A stretch of 64,000 nucleotides of DNA from Rhynchobatus australiae. Its lineage: Eukaryota. A model generated the notes under the pieces. That model worked only from the letters and a program-made list of their open reading frames with translations, ran no database searches and was not told the origin of the DNA. The position numbers were made by a program, and so were the translations under genes. The DNA lies in contig JAUZTB010000087.1 in NCBI GenBank assembly GCA_034780895.1, forward strand, positions 44,753,795 to 44,817,794, in the 5' to 3' direction. Positions 38,001 to 49,300 of this stretch are shown one piece after another. Each line of letters begins with the position of its first letter. Positions within the stretch are counted from its first letter, which is position 1.

Positions 38001-39404
38001 GATCTGGGACAAGCCTTCTGCTACTTGCTCCTTGTGGGATTCATCTCCTGGATCTGGGAGGGCAGCCTGTTCTGCTCTCCATATTCAGGGCTAGAATAGT
38101 AGCTCCAGGCAGGTAAGATGAATCAGTGGCAAATCTCAAATGAGCAACCTGTAACTGCTTGCAAACTAGATTTGAAATGTGATTACGGAATGATTTAGTC
38201 TATTTGCATAAAACACTGTGACCTCAACCTATACCCCTCTCAACCTTTTTAGACTCGTAGTTGGACAGCTCAAAGAAGTCCTTCTGCTACCAAGTCCATG
38301 CCAATCGCACTAATCCTGCACAAATCCTATTCTCCCCATGATGACTTAACTGTCCCCACCCACAACCCACCTACAGACTAAGGACAATTTAGTGCCCAAA
38401 TCTTTGAATATGGGAAGAAACCATTGGAGGAAATCTGTGGTCACATGAAAAATGTGCAAACTCCAAGTGGATGGCACCAGAGGTCAGGTTTGAACCCAAG
38501 TTACTGGAGCTGTGAGAAAGTAGCTNNNNNNNNNAGCTTGATTAGCTGTGCAACTGTGCTTCTCAACCTCCTTTTGCTCCAAGATTCCCCAGTATATCCT
38601 TGCAGCTGACCTCTGGAACCATTCTGGTAAACCTGAATGGACAGGCCAGATGCACTTTATGTCACCCTTCAGCTTTATGGTAGCCACAGCTGGCATATCT
38701 AGCAAAGATTCATTTTAATGGGATTGCTGATCTTCATAAGCTATGTGAAGCCAAGTGGCTTGTTGCCCCTTCCCCTCTACTTCAAACATTCTTAATTTGC
38801 ATCTTAAATGTGTTTTTTAAAATGTATTGCTGGTTCTACAACTCAAGAACTTGTATTTATTTTGGATGTTTCTAAATAGAGGTGGTTCCACCACCTGAGG
38901 CCTGGTTGCTGTTTGCAGCCTGATCCATTTCACAGTTGCAACATCTGCAGGACATTGGAGACTGAAGGCACAAAAATGGCTCTAGGGCTTATGGTGTGGG
39001 ACATTCCACATGTGATATGGCCCATCTATATTTCTCAAATTTGATTCCCTTGTCACTGCCCTCTGCAAGGTCTTGCATTTGTAGCCAAGAGCCATGTAAT
39101 GAATGATGTGACTCAAACCAATACAAGTTACCTCTAAAGTGATATTTCTTATTCCTGAATTAGTTTTACTTTGTGCATTGAGACATTTTGGAAAGGAAAG
39201 TGTCCTCTTCCCTTGTTTATCATGCTTTACTATCAGGAAAAGCTCAACCGCCACTATTTGGTTTTGTTTCAGATCTTCTGCTCCCGCTGTTCCTCCCAAT
39301 CAGCTCCATTACCTTGGTATGGACAGATGAAGCCAGTCCGTGTCTGTTCACACTGTTACATGTGTCACCTCACTTCCTACTATTCCAGCACATCTGCATG
39401 CTAG
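5040..39404 (+). CDS. ZFYVE28: Lateral signaling target protein 2 (LST2)/ZFYVE28-like FYVE-finger protein, spliced: join(5040..5081,15980..16120,23007..23144,23829..24031,[exon 5 not seen],27301..27390,27808..27909,30505..31293,32637..32788,36286..36405,36898..36999,37372..37475,39273..39404)
   Basis: All visible exons are flanked by GT/AG and are phase-compatible. They total 2115 nt (704 aa plus stop). The translation is colinear with the LST2 family as I recall it: N-terminal helical domain, low-complexity middle, [17 protein letters not shown] block and C-terminal FYVE. Probably a paralog (ZFYVE28-like). Confidence 0.93.
6819..7102 (-). mobile_element. V-SINE, same family as 3610-3919
   Basis: Reverse complement of head, V-domain and ...gtacatgtgactaataaa tail. 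Confidence 0.85.
10430..11970 (+). mobile_element. Decayed CR1 LINE (RT region to 3' tail), followed by an inverted CR1 tail at about 11765-11970
   Basis: [13 protein letters not shown] and other CR1 RT remnants, plus the typical gatcttgttgaatggc tail. Confidence 0.7.
13120..13500 (+). mobile_element. Rex1/Babar-type LINE fragment
   Basis: Remnants [15 protein letters not shown] and [25 protein letters not shown]. Confidence 0.8.
14200..15380 (+). mobile_element. Decayed CR1 LINE with a Rex-Babar 3' tail inserted (about 14960-15230)
   Basis: CR1-like ggatcagtgctggga and tttgctgat...tttaatgtggagaaa segments. The Rex tail gaagacccacact...cttgcactgtactactgctgcaaa is repeated at 47080-47350, 49270-49540 (-) and about 58430-58590. 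Confidence 0.65.
15980..16120 (+). CDS. ZFYVE28: ZFYVE28-like exon 2 ([14 protein letters not shown]...LNNLRARQ)
   Basis: Acceptor ttttgtttccacag, donor CAG|gtcagt, 141 nt. Matches LST2 RSDPQLLARFYYAD. Confidence 0.93.
18300..18930 (-). mobile_element. Decayed RTE-clade LINE fragment (region between endonuclease and RT)
   Basis: Remnants KAEGQQK..., [21 protein letters not shown] and TKNGGEVI resemble RTE ORF segments. Confidence 0.55.
21462..21880 (+). mobile_element. V-SINE interrupted by a Penelope-like fragment (21491-21620)
   Basis: SINE head gggcagcacagtagtgtagcggtcagc, then the gcagatgctggaatctggagc...tcatcagg insert, then the SINE resumes with B box, V-domain and tail. Confidence 0.8.
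22959..23012 (+). repeat. Perfect 27-bp tandem duplication spanning a splice acceptor
   Basis: taattttcattttaatttcaggaccac occurs twice in tandem (22959-22985, 22986-23012). Confidence 0.97.
23007..23144 (+). CDS. ZFYVE28: ZFYVE28-like exon 3 ([16 protein letters not shown]...HLWFAAE)
   Basis: 138 nt, [11 protein letters not shown] and VKFPDE motifs, donor GAG|gtaggc. Uses the second of two duplicated acceptors. Confidence 0.93.
23829..24031 (+). CDS. ZFYVE28: ZFYVE28-like exon 4 (CLMAGSLIE...[10 protein letters not shown])
   Basis: Acceptor caacag, donor AG|gtaaga, 203 nt. Matches LST2 CLAAGS...RPLAKEL...FAEFEL. Confidence 0.93.
27301..27390 (+). CDS. ZFYVE28: ZFYVE28-like exon 6 ([29 protein letters not shown])
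   Basis: Acceptor cctattacag, donor TG|gtaagt, 90 nt. Near-identical to the LST2 [25 protein letters not shown] block. Not in the ORF track. Confidence 0.93.
27808..27909 (+). CDS. ZFYVE28: ZFYVE28-like exon 7 ([33 protein letters not shown])
   Basis: Acceptor ttttctttccag, donor AG|gtaagg, 102 nt. The frame is kept across 3 Ns. Confidence 0.92.
30122..30281. repeat. Fold-back (inverted) Penelope-like copy, arms about 78 bp with a 3-nt loop, nested in a Rex-Babar tail (about 29910-30420)
   Basis: 30122-30199 (gatgctgggtcaactca...ggacccttca) is the imperfect reverse complement of 30203-30281 (tgaagggtcc...tgagttgacccagcatc). Confidence 0.88.
30505..31293 (+). CDS. ZFYVE28: ZFYVE28-like exon 8, large low-complexity exon ([19 protein letters not shown]...HTNNSR)
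   Basis: Inside ORF 30371..31297. Acceptor ttttctcag, donor AG|gtgaga, 789 nt. The start matches LST2 DLLQTLTEEELHTLERNLC. Confidence 0.9.
31530..31730 (+). mobile_element. L1/Tx1-type LINE ORF2 fragment
   Basis: [16 protein letters not shown]...[24 protein letters not shown] matches the L1 pre-RT (KSPGPDGF..EF.K) region. Confidence 0.8.
32637..32788 (+). CDS. ZFYVE28: ZFYVE28-like exon 9 (...[23 protein letters not shown])
   Basis: Acceptor ctttggcag is phase-compatible with exon 8. HRLFVCIS motif. Donor G|gtatgt. Confidence 0.88.
36286..36405 (+). CDS. ZFYVE28: ZFYVE28-like exon 10 ([23 protein letters not shown]...)
   Basis: Acceptor aacag, donor G|gtatac, 120 nt. Conserved GVADQLQTN motif. 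Confidence 0.92.
36898..36999 (+). CDS. ZFYVE28: ZFYVE28-like exon 11 (...[12 protein letters not shown]...KPE)
   Basis: Acceptor ttgtttgcag, donor G|gtacag, 102 nt. LEDCALCQE motif as in LST2. Confidence 0.9.
37372..37475 (+). CDS. ZFYVE28: ZFYVE28-like exon 12, FYVE N-half ([34 protein letters not shown])
   Basis: WxxD and RRHHCR FYVE signatures, 104 nt, AG/GT flanks. Confidence 0.95.
39273..39404 (+). CDS. ZFYVE28: ZFYVE28-like exon 13, FYVE C-half and stop ([29 protein letters not shown]...SAC*)
   Basis: Acceptor gttttgtttcag, CxxC pairs and RVC motif, TAG at 39402-39404. Confidence 0.95.
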   Translation: MFCSRCSSQSAPLPWYGQMKPVRVCSHCYMCHLTSYYSSTSAC

Positions 39405-41854
39405 CCTGGTGTTAAAATGGACAGATCTTCAAAGGGAAGAGCTCTGGAATAAACCTTCAGTAATTTGGTTTGAGTGTCGCAACAGAATCAACTTTACCAT
39501 TAGCAATCTCATTTCCCTGGTCCAATTTTGTTGTGAAAATCAATGGTTTTGACTGTTTGCAATGCAAATCTATAAAGAACCACTCACGTGAGTTATTTCT
39601 AGAGCACTTTCTAGCATAAAAGAGGATTCTAACTGGNNNNNNNNNNNNNNNNNNNNNNNNNNNNNNNNNNNCCTTCCCATTGGGTAAAGGGAATCAGCAA
39701 TTATTGTGACTTTAAGGGAGTGGATCATCAGAGAATCTAAATTTGACTGTTTACAACAATATAATTTGCCTGAGTTGTTAACAGAAATCCCTAATGCAAG
39801 ACGATCGACTAAGCAATTGGGAAGGAAAGCAGTAAATTTTCCTGGGGTAAATCAAGCACAATGTTTTACAGCTTTACTTCTGATGGGCATATGGTGATCT
39901 ATCTGGATACTTGGACATTATATAATTGCACAAAAACAGACTGCTAACCTCAGATAAAATGCATTAGAACAAAACACTGGAAAACCAGGCACCTTATTTA
40001 CAATTCTCTGATGCCTGCAAAGTTTCCTTTGCTCTATACTGTGAGTGTTAGCAGGAAGAATTGATGTGTTCATTTATTTTCTGAAGCATAAATCAAAATA
40101 GTGAGACTTCCTTTATTCCCATTTTTGTGCAATTTTCAGTAACCTAACTAGTACTTAACTTTAGAGACTTCATAAAAAGTTGAAGGTTACTGGTGGTTTG
40201 ATCATTAATTTGTAATTTTACTGATATTCTCTGGGGAATTTGGCTGTTTGTAATTTGGATAGTATGATATTTGTCCTCTACATAAATCACTACTGGCATC
40301 CTTTTGGTAACAGTGCTCCAGTGAAGCACCTAAAATGTGCTTGTGGCTTTAACCATTTACTGGCATAACTAAACACATTCGTCAACTGGGCGTTCTTCAA
40401 CATTTTAATTGAATGCAAATGGGATTTCCCTCACTTGGACTATGGATGTGATTATTGCAGAATAATATTTGGATTGTGTTTTAGTTGATTGGCAATGCCT
40501 TTGGTTATTTTGCCAGTTTTCTGAAGGGAAATATGGATGGATTAAATGGCTGAACTTTGCACACATCCCAAAAGTTTAGAGATCAATGCTGAACATGGTA
40601 TTGAATTTACTTTGCACTAGCTCATACCTAAATTCAGGCTGGTTTTTACCTGAAGTTGGCATAACATATTAAACTAAATTTGCACAATACCTGTTTAATG
40701 TTGTTCGAAAACCACAGTGCAATTACTTTGGATTTAGTTGTGGTGCATGAATATCTTGATTTGAAACTCAGCCATATTGAATATTCTTTCAGGAAAGATG
40801 CATTTTTTGCACAAATGGGGGTGGGAGAAAACAACTGTTCTTGGGAAAAATGTATTAAAAGCTGGACATTTTCAATTTAGTCAATGGACTACATTTTTTT
40901 CAATGAGTTCCTCAGTCAATGAAAACTGAAGTGCTAATGAAAGTCTTCAAAACCAAATGAGGACTTGGATTCTTTATTGTACTTGCATTCTAACACTTTT
41001 TCCCTGATAAAAGCAGGATACATTAAGTCCCCCATTTTAAGTTTTGATTTTCCATGTAAAATTGGAAGCAATACACATTTTGGTTCTTGAGTTAAAATAA
41101 TTGAAATTTGTATGAAAGTGGGTTTTGTAATCTTTTAGCAATGTTTTGCTTTCAGATAGGATCTGTGATCTTAAAATGCCAGTTCTAACATAGTGCAATG
41201 ATTTTTTTTAAAAGGAATACTGTATCTTTGATCTACCTTGTTTGTCTTCTCCAGGCTTTAGTGTTTTCTATGGTTAATGCACTTCTGGAATATTACCCAA
41301 ATGTGCTGCTAAATATATCCAAAAGATGGCATTGATCCCATTTGAAATTGCAGTTGGGTAACCTTTTTTCACAACTTCCAGCCAACTGTGTAATGGGGAA
41401 GTCACCCAGAGGATGAGCTCCATTCCCTGAATATGCTCTAAATGGTTTTAATTGCAAATTTATTTGGAGTGATCACTGGTTGGAGAGATGGGAGACTTAA
41501 AATTTGCCTTGTAAATATTATACATGCTCTATGGCTCTTTTTCTCCTTTCTCCCTTTTGTCTTCTCTCTCTTTCCCATAATTTTGGATTATTTAAATGGG
41601 TAATTTCCTTTGCCTTGTTTTCTGGAAACACAACCTAATATAGAATTGTCACCAAGGTTGTACTTTGATCTTGTTCTCTTTAAAGGTCACTTGTATCACC
41701 ATTGTGTATATCTGCCAGTTGACTTTTCACTATGTACAGGGGCCTGAGCTCACCTGGATGTACTGAAATTCTTCCTCCAGTTAATTATTTTTAAGGTGAA
41801 TTTGAGCTGGTGTTTGAGAGTCAAAACATCTGGTGTTTTAAGGGTCTATCTAAT

Positions 41855-41975
41855 AATAAACATCTTGCCTAACAAGACTGCTTTGTATGGGTGCTGCATT
41901 TTGTAACTTTCATGATTCCATCTTTTTGAAATTCCACATCTTTCAAATAAAGCAAAGGTGGCCACTTGGTGTCTT
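41855..41975 (+). terminator. Probable polyadenylation region of the ZFYVE28-like gene
   Basis: AATAAA at 41855-41860 and 41946-41951. The second is followed by GT/T-rich ggtgtctttttc. About 2.5 kb of AT-rich, repeat-poor UTR-like sequence lies between the stop and these signals. Confidence 0.45.
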
Positions 41976-44825
41976 TTTCCCCCCCCCCCCCAGTGTTATT
42001 AAGCAGTTTGCTTATTGACTTGGATTGCCATGTTATGGAAGCAAGTGGAAAAGGGATGGAATATTAGTGCTTTTGATAACCTGCTTTAATGACTGCAAGA
42101 AGTGAACCCCTTTATTCATTCTTTACTGTGCTGATGTCTTGCTCAATATTTGCACATTGAAGTTTCAGTTCACTTGTAGCATTTGGAGTTCTATCACCAG
42201 AATGTTTGGAAATGGTTGGATTAAAAATCCTATGGATCAAATGGAGAATAGCACAATAAGGGAGCACTATTGGACTTGTGATCAAGTTTTGTATTGTTTG
42301 AGATGGACAAGGTGAATCTCAACTGAAAGCACTTGGGCTAATTTCAGTGAACTGAGGGGGGCATTTGGTTAAAAGGTCAGCTAGTGTGAATCTATTTACA
42401 ACTCTACTAGGGGAAAGGGAAGATGACCACAGCCTGTGCTCACTGGCTGCAAAAGGCATTCTAGAATTTGAAGCAAGGTGGTTTGATAAATGTCAACTTA
42501 AAGCCACAAGGGAACAATAAGGTGAACACTGTCCAAGAATAGATTAATGGCTAACATAAAAGTGAATCCAGAGGTCCGTTATGTTAATGACATTGCTGTT
42601 GGGAGACAGGTGTGCTGATAAGGATTATTGGTGGAGAAAAAGGGCATGCCTGAAGTACTAAGTGAATGCTTTGCAACAGCAGTTACTAAGCAAGAGGACT
42701 TGGCCCAAACTGCAGCAAATTAAGTTGCTGGAGCACCAGATGAGATGATTGAGAAGCTCTATGCAACTTTAAAATCATTATGATCATGGATTGATGTGAG
42801 AGGTGGAGATTGCAGAGGCTGGCCAGCAGAAATTTTTCCAAAACTTAAACTACAGAAGTAAAGCTTAAGAACAGAAGGATTATAGTGCAATTACTGCCAA
42901 AAACCAATGTTAAATTAAAACCTTGACTTGGTTCTCTTGCATCTGAACATGGCAGTGTTAATTCTCTTCTGAAAGATTTTGTGCATAACTGGTAGTTGGC
43001 AACTTTAAGCCTCTGCCCTGACCTCATAGCTGAGCCTAGCAGTGAGATGTTGTAATAGCACACTGTATGGTGGAGCAGAGTAAATTCAACTACAGTGTAT
43101 GAATTTCTGCATTTACCAGTACTGACATATACTAAAAATTGCTGGCTAACTTATAACCTGCAACAACTCTGCTGTTCTCAGTACTAATTCCAGCCCATGA
43201 TGTGAATGTTGGTTAAATTACACTAGAACAGGGATAAATAGGCCAGAGTATGGGTGCTTGGGAGAGAGGTGGGCGTGGTGGTGATGGGGATGGTTTTGTT
43301 TAGGGAAACTTGTTAGCACAAATTCCCCAACATTGTGAATAAGCTTGGTTGTTTTAGGGTTCTGAATATTTCACTGAAGGAACCTCAAGGTTCCCATTAT
43401 TTCTCTCATCCTATTCTTTGACATGTCTTCCTGCAGTGTAATTTTTTGCCTGGATTTGAAATGAAACATTTTTCCTGAATGTCTATTAAAACAAAAAATG
43501 CAGCAAGCTATGTAACTACTTCAGCTGTCCTATTGGTGGCACTGCTGCCTTTACTGTGATACTCCATGCCATTGGAAATGTGTTGTCATGCCCTCAGGCA
43601 TATTCTTTGAATAAATGGCTAGTTTTCAGTTTAATCATAAAGGCCCTTTGCAGGATCCATCTCATTAAGTTGCTGGTTCCATCCTGGGTTTCACTTTAGC
43701 TGGAGGAGGGGCTGGACAACAGGACTATAGTAGAGGCCTCATAGTTCCTGGCTGCAGCAAATAATCACAATTTTGATATAGGAAACACAGCAGCTAATTA
43801 ACTCGAGTCCCACAGACACCCATACAATTATAACCTGATCAACTGCGCTGATTTGAAATAAGGATAAATTTTGGTTGTAAGATTTGGTACCATGGCATTG
43901 TTTGTCAATCTGAGAAAGATGGTGCCTGAATTTAGTCCCATGGTAAAAATTATGAAATGGGTTCTCTTATTCTTTAGAAATAGAATAATTGATTACATAG
44001 AATTATAGCTCTGTCTCGAGCATTTTTTCAGGAAAATTAAAAGCTTACAATTTTATTCTCCAAAGAGTCAAGATAAAATTAATGAAAGTAAGCACCTGTT
44101 CCACTGCCTTAACTTCACTCTCAATCAACAAGACAAAGTAAATTGTCAGATGGGGAAGAGTTGAAGCTACTATTGTCCATCCACTTGGTTCACAGATTAA
44201 CATTTACCAGAACCTATACTCATAGAACAAAAATCCAGGGAAGTTGAAATGCTTGTTAATTTAATTGGCAGATAATTGATGTATAGGTGTAGTTTAGTAC
44301 ATCAGGGCAGTAGAGAGGGTATGTTACATTATTGGGAGTATGTTCTCAATTGTGATGAGAAACCATTGTTTCTTTTACCTGTAAATAGTGGAAGAGGACT
44401 ATGTAAAGGACCTGGTACTCTTGCTGGCATTCAATTATCAAGTAACACCTCAGAATACAACAGAATGGAATAGTACTGAAATTCCAAATAGAACATTGCA
44501 TCCTCTGCCTCTGACAATCCTGGATGTGCCATCAGCCATGTCAGAACAAGGATGCAAATGCATTTCTAGTTCACTCTTAGAAAATTAAAAATCAGCCCAT
44601 TATACTATTTGGCCATGCAAACTAATCTCCTGTCCAATGAATATCAACATTCCTGTTGCTTTCCTAATTGGATGCTGTGGATAATTGAATAATAGCTCTA
44701 GAATTGAGTAAATCCTATGAAAATCCAGAAAAAAAGGCAGTCATTACTGTGACATTTGAGAAGTTGGTTAAATAAAAGCAGTAGTGAAACTTAAGCCAGT
44801 GTAATAATATGCTAGACAAGTTGTC

Positions 44826-44831
44826 TTTATT
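44826..44831 (-). terminator. Candidate PRELID1 polyadenylation signal
   Basis: AATAAA on the - strand about 1.4 kb past the stop. Another candidate lies at about 45482-45487. Confidence 0.4.
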
Positions 44832-46252
44832 GCAGATTTTGTTTTACAACAGTACCTATTTTTTTTAAGAATTTAAACATTTCTACATTTTTCAGTTTGT
44901 TTCAACCACAGTTGGCAATATGGTTGACAGTACAGTATTTATGTATTTTTTTAAAACCTAGCAGTCATTGATCACATTGCTAGCTAATAAAACAATAAAA
45001 ACAGTAAACACACAGTTTTGGGATATTTCAGTACACAATTGTTGAGATATTTCAGAATCTAAAATGAAAACTAGCCTGAAGAAATCAACAATTTCCCCCA
45101 CCTCCCAATAGTGAGCAAAACATACAGTAATAATATCAGAACCATAGAGAAACATAATAGTGCTCAAGGCGTAATGAGAATGTTGTATTTATAATTTAGT
45201 AAATGCCACAATTCCTGCTGTTTTCCCCCCCCCCCCCCAGAGTTGTTGAGCACATCTATCTGTTGTGCTTTCAACTTGAATTTTAAAGATTTGTCTCCAA
45301 ATTCAACAAAGGCTCTACTTTGATACAGTGCTGAACTTAACAGATGGAGATGTTGAGATGGAACTGCCCATCTTCTGGTGCAAGGAAGGAAAATTCATGT
45401 GGAACTAAAGAGGAAAATCAGAGAGTTACAATTAAATGGAAATACATTACTGGTCCCAAACCAGACTGAAAGAACCTCTAGTTTATTGTGTGAGGTTTTG
45501 TGTGATTTGAGTATTATGGACTCTTACTCTACCACACATCAACAATGAAGCAAATGTTTCCCTATCCCAAAGGTAATTACAATGGAGCTTGGAAAAAGTA
45601 GTAATGTTGATGACAGGTTGAAATGCAGATAAAAATCTTTTGTCACTGTGGGGAACAGATTAGCCAGTTTCTCAGTAGAGGGGGTCATTGAGACAGATAT
45701 GATCGCATTTGCATTCCTGAGTCCCTAACCTATTACAAATTCATTTACAATTATCTAAAGATCATCCAGTTTTGGTAAAGATTCACTAGATAAAAGCATA
45801 CTAACAGTACATGTGTTTAATTATCTTGCATCACAATACTTTTCTCTATTGCACCAACCCACAACCATTTTTTTTCCAAAGAAATGGTTCTCTTATTCTT
45901 CCCACCCCCACCCACTTTTAAAACAAAATTCTGCAAATAAGTTTTTACAAGCTTGCCCAGGGAACAGTTTTTACTTTGAAATACTTAAATAGCTTGAAGA
46001 TATCTTAAATTTGGAAATACCAATTTAAAATTACTTCATTGATTTTTTTTGGTTTCACTTACGATAAATATTTCACAGTGTCAATAGCCTCATTAGGATT
46101 CATTCCACTAAATCCATTGGACTAATTGATTAAATTTCTGCAAAAATTTCAAGTGAAATTGCGTTCAACAGTTGATGGTCATGTGACTGCTCTGCATACT
46201 GGACTCCACTAATTGAGTTTTGCATTTTCTCCCACAATGAAGGGTAAGAGTC

Positions 46253-46392
46253 TTAGACATATTGCTTTTTCTTCTGCGGTCCTGCTTTGCTGGCTAGATC
46301 CTTTGCCTTCTCTGTAGCTGCCAAAGCTGTTTCCTTAGCCTTCTCGGTTGCTTCTTTAGCAGTCTCCCTCAATGTCTTCATTGGTGTTTCAC
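46253..46392 (-). CDS. PRELID1: PRELID1 last coding exon (GETPMKTLRETAKEATEKAK...KQYV*)
   Basis: Acceptor ttttccccct-tcag, LEA-like KE-rich tail, TAA at 46255-46253. Confidence 0.95.
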
Positions 46393-49300
46393 CTGAAGGG
46401 GGAAAAAGAACACTTAGCTTGGGCATTTCCAAATCCATACTAACCACTGGGAAACCATTCCGAATCATGATCCATTCTGATCTGACCTTGCCATATACAG
46501 TAAAACTCTGAATTATTTGACTATTCAGAAATCACAATAGTTCAGCATCCAGACCACCAGGCATTCCCTTTCAACACACCAGGGCTTTGGTTCCCATTCT
46601 CCCTTCCAACTCATAGTGGCCAGTTTCTGTATTCCCTTCTGACTCATTGGAAAAAAAAATGTATTGGGCTATTAACAGGAATAACATTCAGTGGTCTGGA
46701 AACTCTCGGTCTGGCACTGAAGTCCCAGAACACACCAAATTATTGGAATTTTATTTCATTAAACTATTTTGCAGATCAGGTTCATTGGCCAGACTTTGGT
46801 TTCCCAGGCAGAAGCATGGGTGTCACCAATATAATTCTAAAAATTATTGTAATCCAAGTTAGAATTTTAAAATATCCACATCTCTCAAGCCCCAAGTAAT
46901 CAAGAGTCTTTTTATTTAGCAACCATGAAACAAACTAGGGCCACCCTCCCTTGAAGCAAAAAATATTAAGTCTGTATACTGAACACATGCTTTTCAGTGT
47001 GAAACTAAACAACTTCACATAAGAAAGTTATTAAGCCAAATCACCAGAATCAAAAATGATACAAAACAGACAGCTAATACATATCACCACCCAGGACGTG
47101 CCCTCTTCTTGTTACTACCATTGGGAGGAGGTACAGGAGCCTGAAGACCCACACTCAGCGATTTAGGAGCAGCTTCTTCCCCTCTGCCATCAGATTTTTG
47201 AATGCCCCAAGAATACTACCTTGTTATTCCTTTTTTGCTTTATTTATTTTGTATTTCATAGTAATTTTTATGCCTTTGCACTGTACTGCTGCTGCAAAAC
47301 AAATTTCACGACATACAAGTCAATGGTAATAAACCAGATTCTGGTTCTCTCAAACTTCTTTTGCTCCTGTGTTTTTGTGCTTCAGAGCCATTGGTTACAG
47401 GTAACATGAGGCAAGAATTATCTTTATGGAAAAAAAAACAGGCAAAACTTATGAATGGAACTATTACCAACTCTAAACGTATAGGTTATTTGAGTAACAT
47501 TTCATTGATTAGCATCACATTTAAGAAATGACATTTTCCTAGAACAAAAACTAAGTTATTTTTCTCAATCTGGACATTGATGGCAAGGGCAGCATTTATT
47601 ACCCATCCCTAACTGGGCTTTAAACAGTGACAGCGATGGCCTTCCTGGTAAAGGCACTTCCCCCAGTGCTGTTGATTCAGAAGTTCCGTAGTTGGGAGCT
47701 AGTACATATGAAGGAACAGGAATACATTTCCAAGTCAGGATGGTGTGCTACTTAGAGGAAAATACACAGAGGGAAGTGTTCCCATATACGTTCTTTCCCT
47801 TCTTGAAGCTGCAGATTTAGAAGGTACTGTTGGAGGAGTTTAGGTGAGTAACTACAGTGAACTTGTAGATGATGCACACTGTAGACACGGTGCTGATAGT
47901 GGATGAGGTAGTGATCAAGCAAGCTGTTGTTTTGGACAGTGTTGAGCTTCTTGAGGCGTTGTTAGAGCTGCACTCATTCAAACAAGTGGAGAGTATTTCA
48001 TCACACTCCTAACTTGCAGATGGAGTGGAAAGGCTTGTGTGTGTCAGGAGGTATAAACACTTGTCTCAGGACACCCAAACTTTGACCAAGATATTGAGGC
48101 TCGAGATCATGGTAATGACAATGCCAATGCATGTTGAGGGTGAGTGCTTGACTCTTTTTTGTTGGTAATGGTTATTGCCTGGCATAAATGTTACTTGCCA
48201 ATTAAAACAGCTTCTCATTATGCAGCTGCTCCTTATTGCAATTGATCATCTGCTGTACAAAATTACCACAAACAATTCATTATTCCCTTTTCTGGTAGGC
48301 ATTTCAATCCAAATTTGAGCATTGAAACAGAGAGATGAGAAATTAGCAAGCAATTGCTTTGTTCAGGCTTATGGAATGTAGTGGATAATTAAGAATGATT
48401 TTGTTTAAGCAAGATGATCCACTAATTCAGGGAAGTATAGTACATTCATTGTTTTTGTATATTATGCAAAGATGAATTGTACTGATTTAATTATGCAAGT
48501 CCAATCATAAATTTTGCTCTGGTACCTTCACTTGCTGTGAAACAAAGTTTAAATATTTGTACCTGGTCTCAGCCAGCTGGGCATTTTCTTGGTTAGTCAT
48601 CCAAACAAATAAAGGAGTGCGCTCAAGGGTGAGTACAAAAGAAACATTATCCAGTTTGTATAATATGGGAGCGGGGAGGGGTGCACACTGTTACAACAAG
48701 CTATGCTATTAAAAGGTTTAATTGGGCATACTGAGTCAACCGAGGTATACAAGGCAAATGAAAATTGCTTCAAGAATCAAATAACATCATTCAATAAAAG
48801 AAAGTAGCTGTAACTGAACTGAATTTGTCGAAAAACTTTAAAATATCTTCTTTTAATGGCTTAAAGTAGTTTAAAGAAAAAGGAACTGATCGTTTTCATA
48901 CAATTTTGTATTTGTGGGAACTTAGATGGACACATCTATCTTTATGTGGAATGTGATCTCACAAAATGAGATATTTTAACATTAACATTTCAACTTCAAC
49001 ACCAAGTTGACTGAGGTCAATTAGGTTATCTGACTGAACTAGCCATAATCTAACTTGACCACAATACGGACGAAACATAAAGCACTTCCCAACAAAAAAA
49101 TGTATCCCTCTATTTAAAAATAAAGCCATAAAAGAACAATTACATCTCAGATTGTCTTAAATGATTTTTCCCATTACAGAGGTAAATCTACCATGTGTAA
49201 TTGAACAAAAGATGTTGAAATTTCAACTAGCCAAGAAAAGGGATGAGAGGAAAGGAGAAAAGGCAGAGCATTAGAATCAGGTTTATTATCACTGACATAT

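Noticed and set aside
39584-39591. Second TCACGTGA palindrome
   Set aside because: It lies in the 3' UTR with no promoter context and is likely chance.
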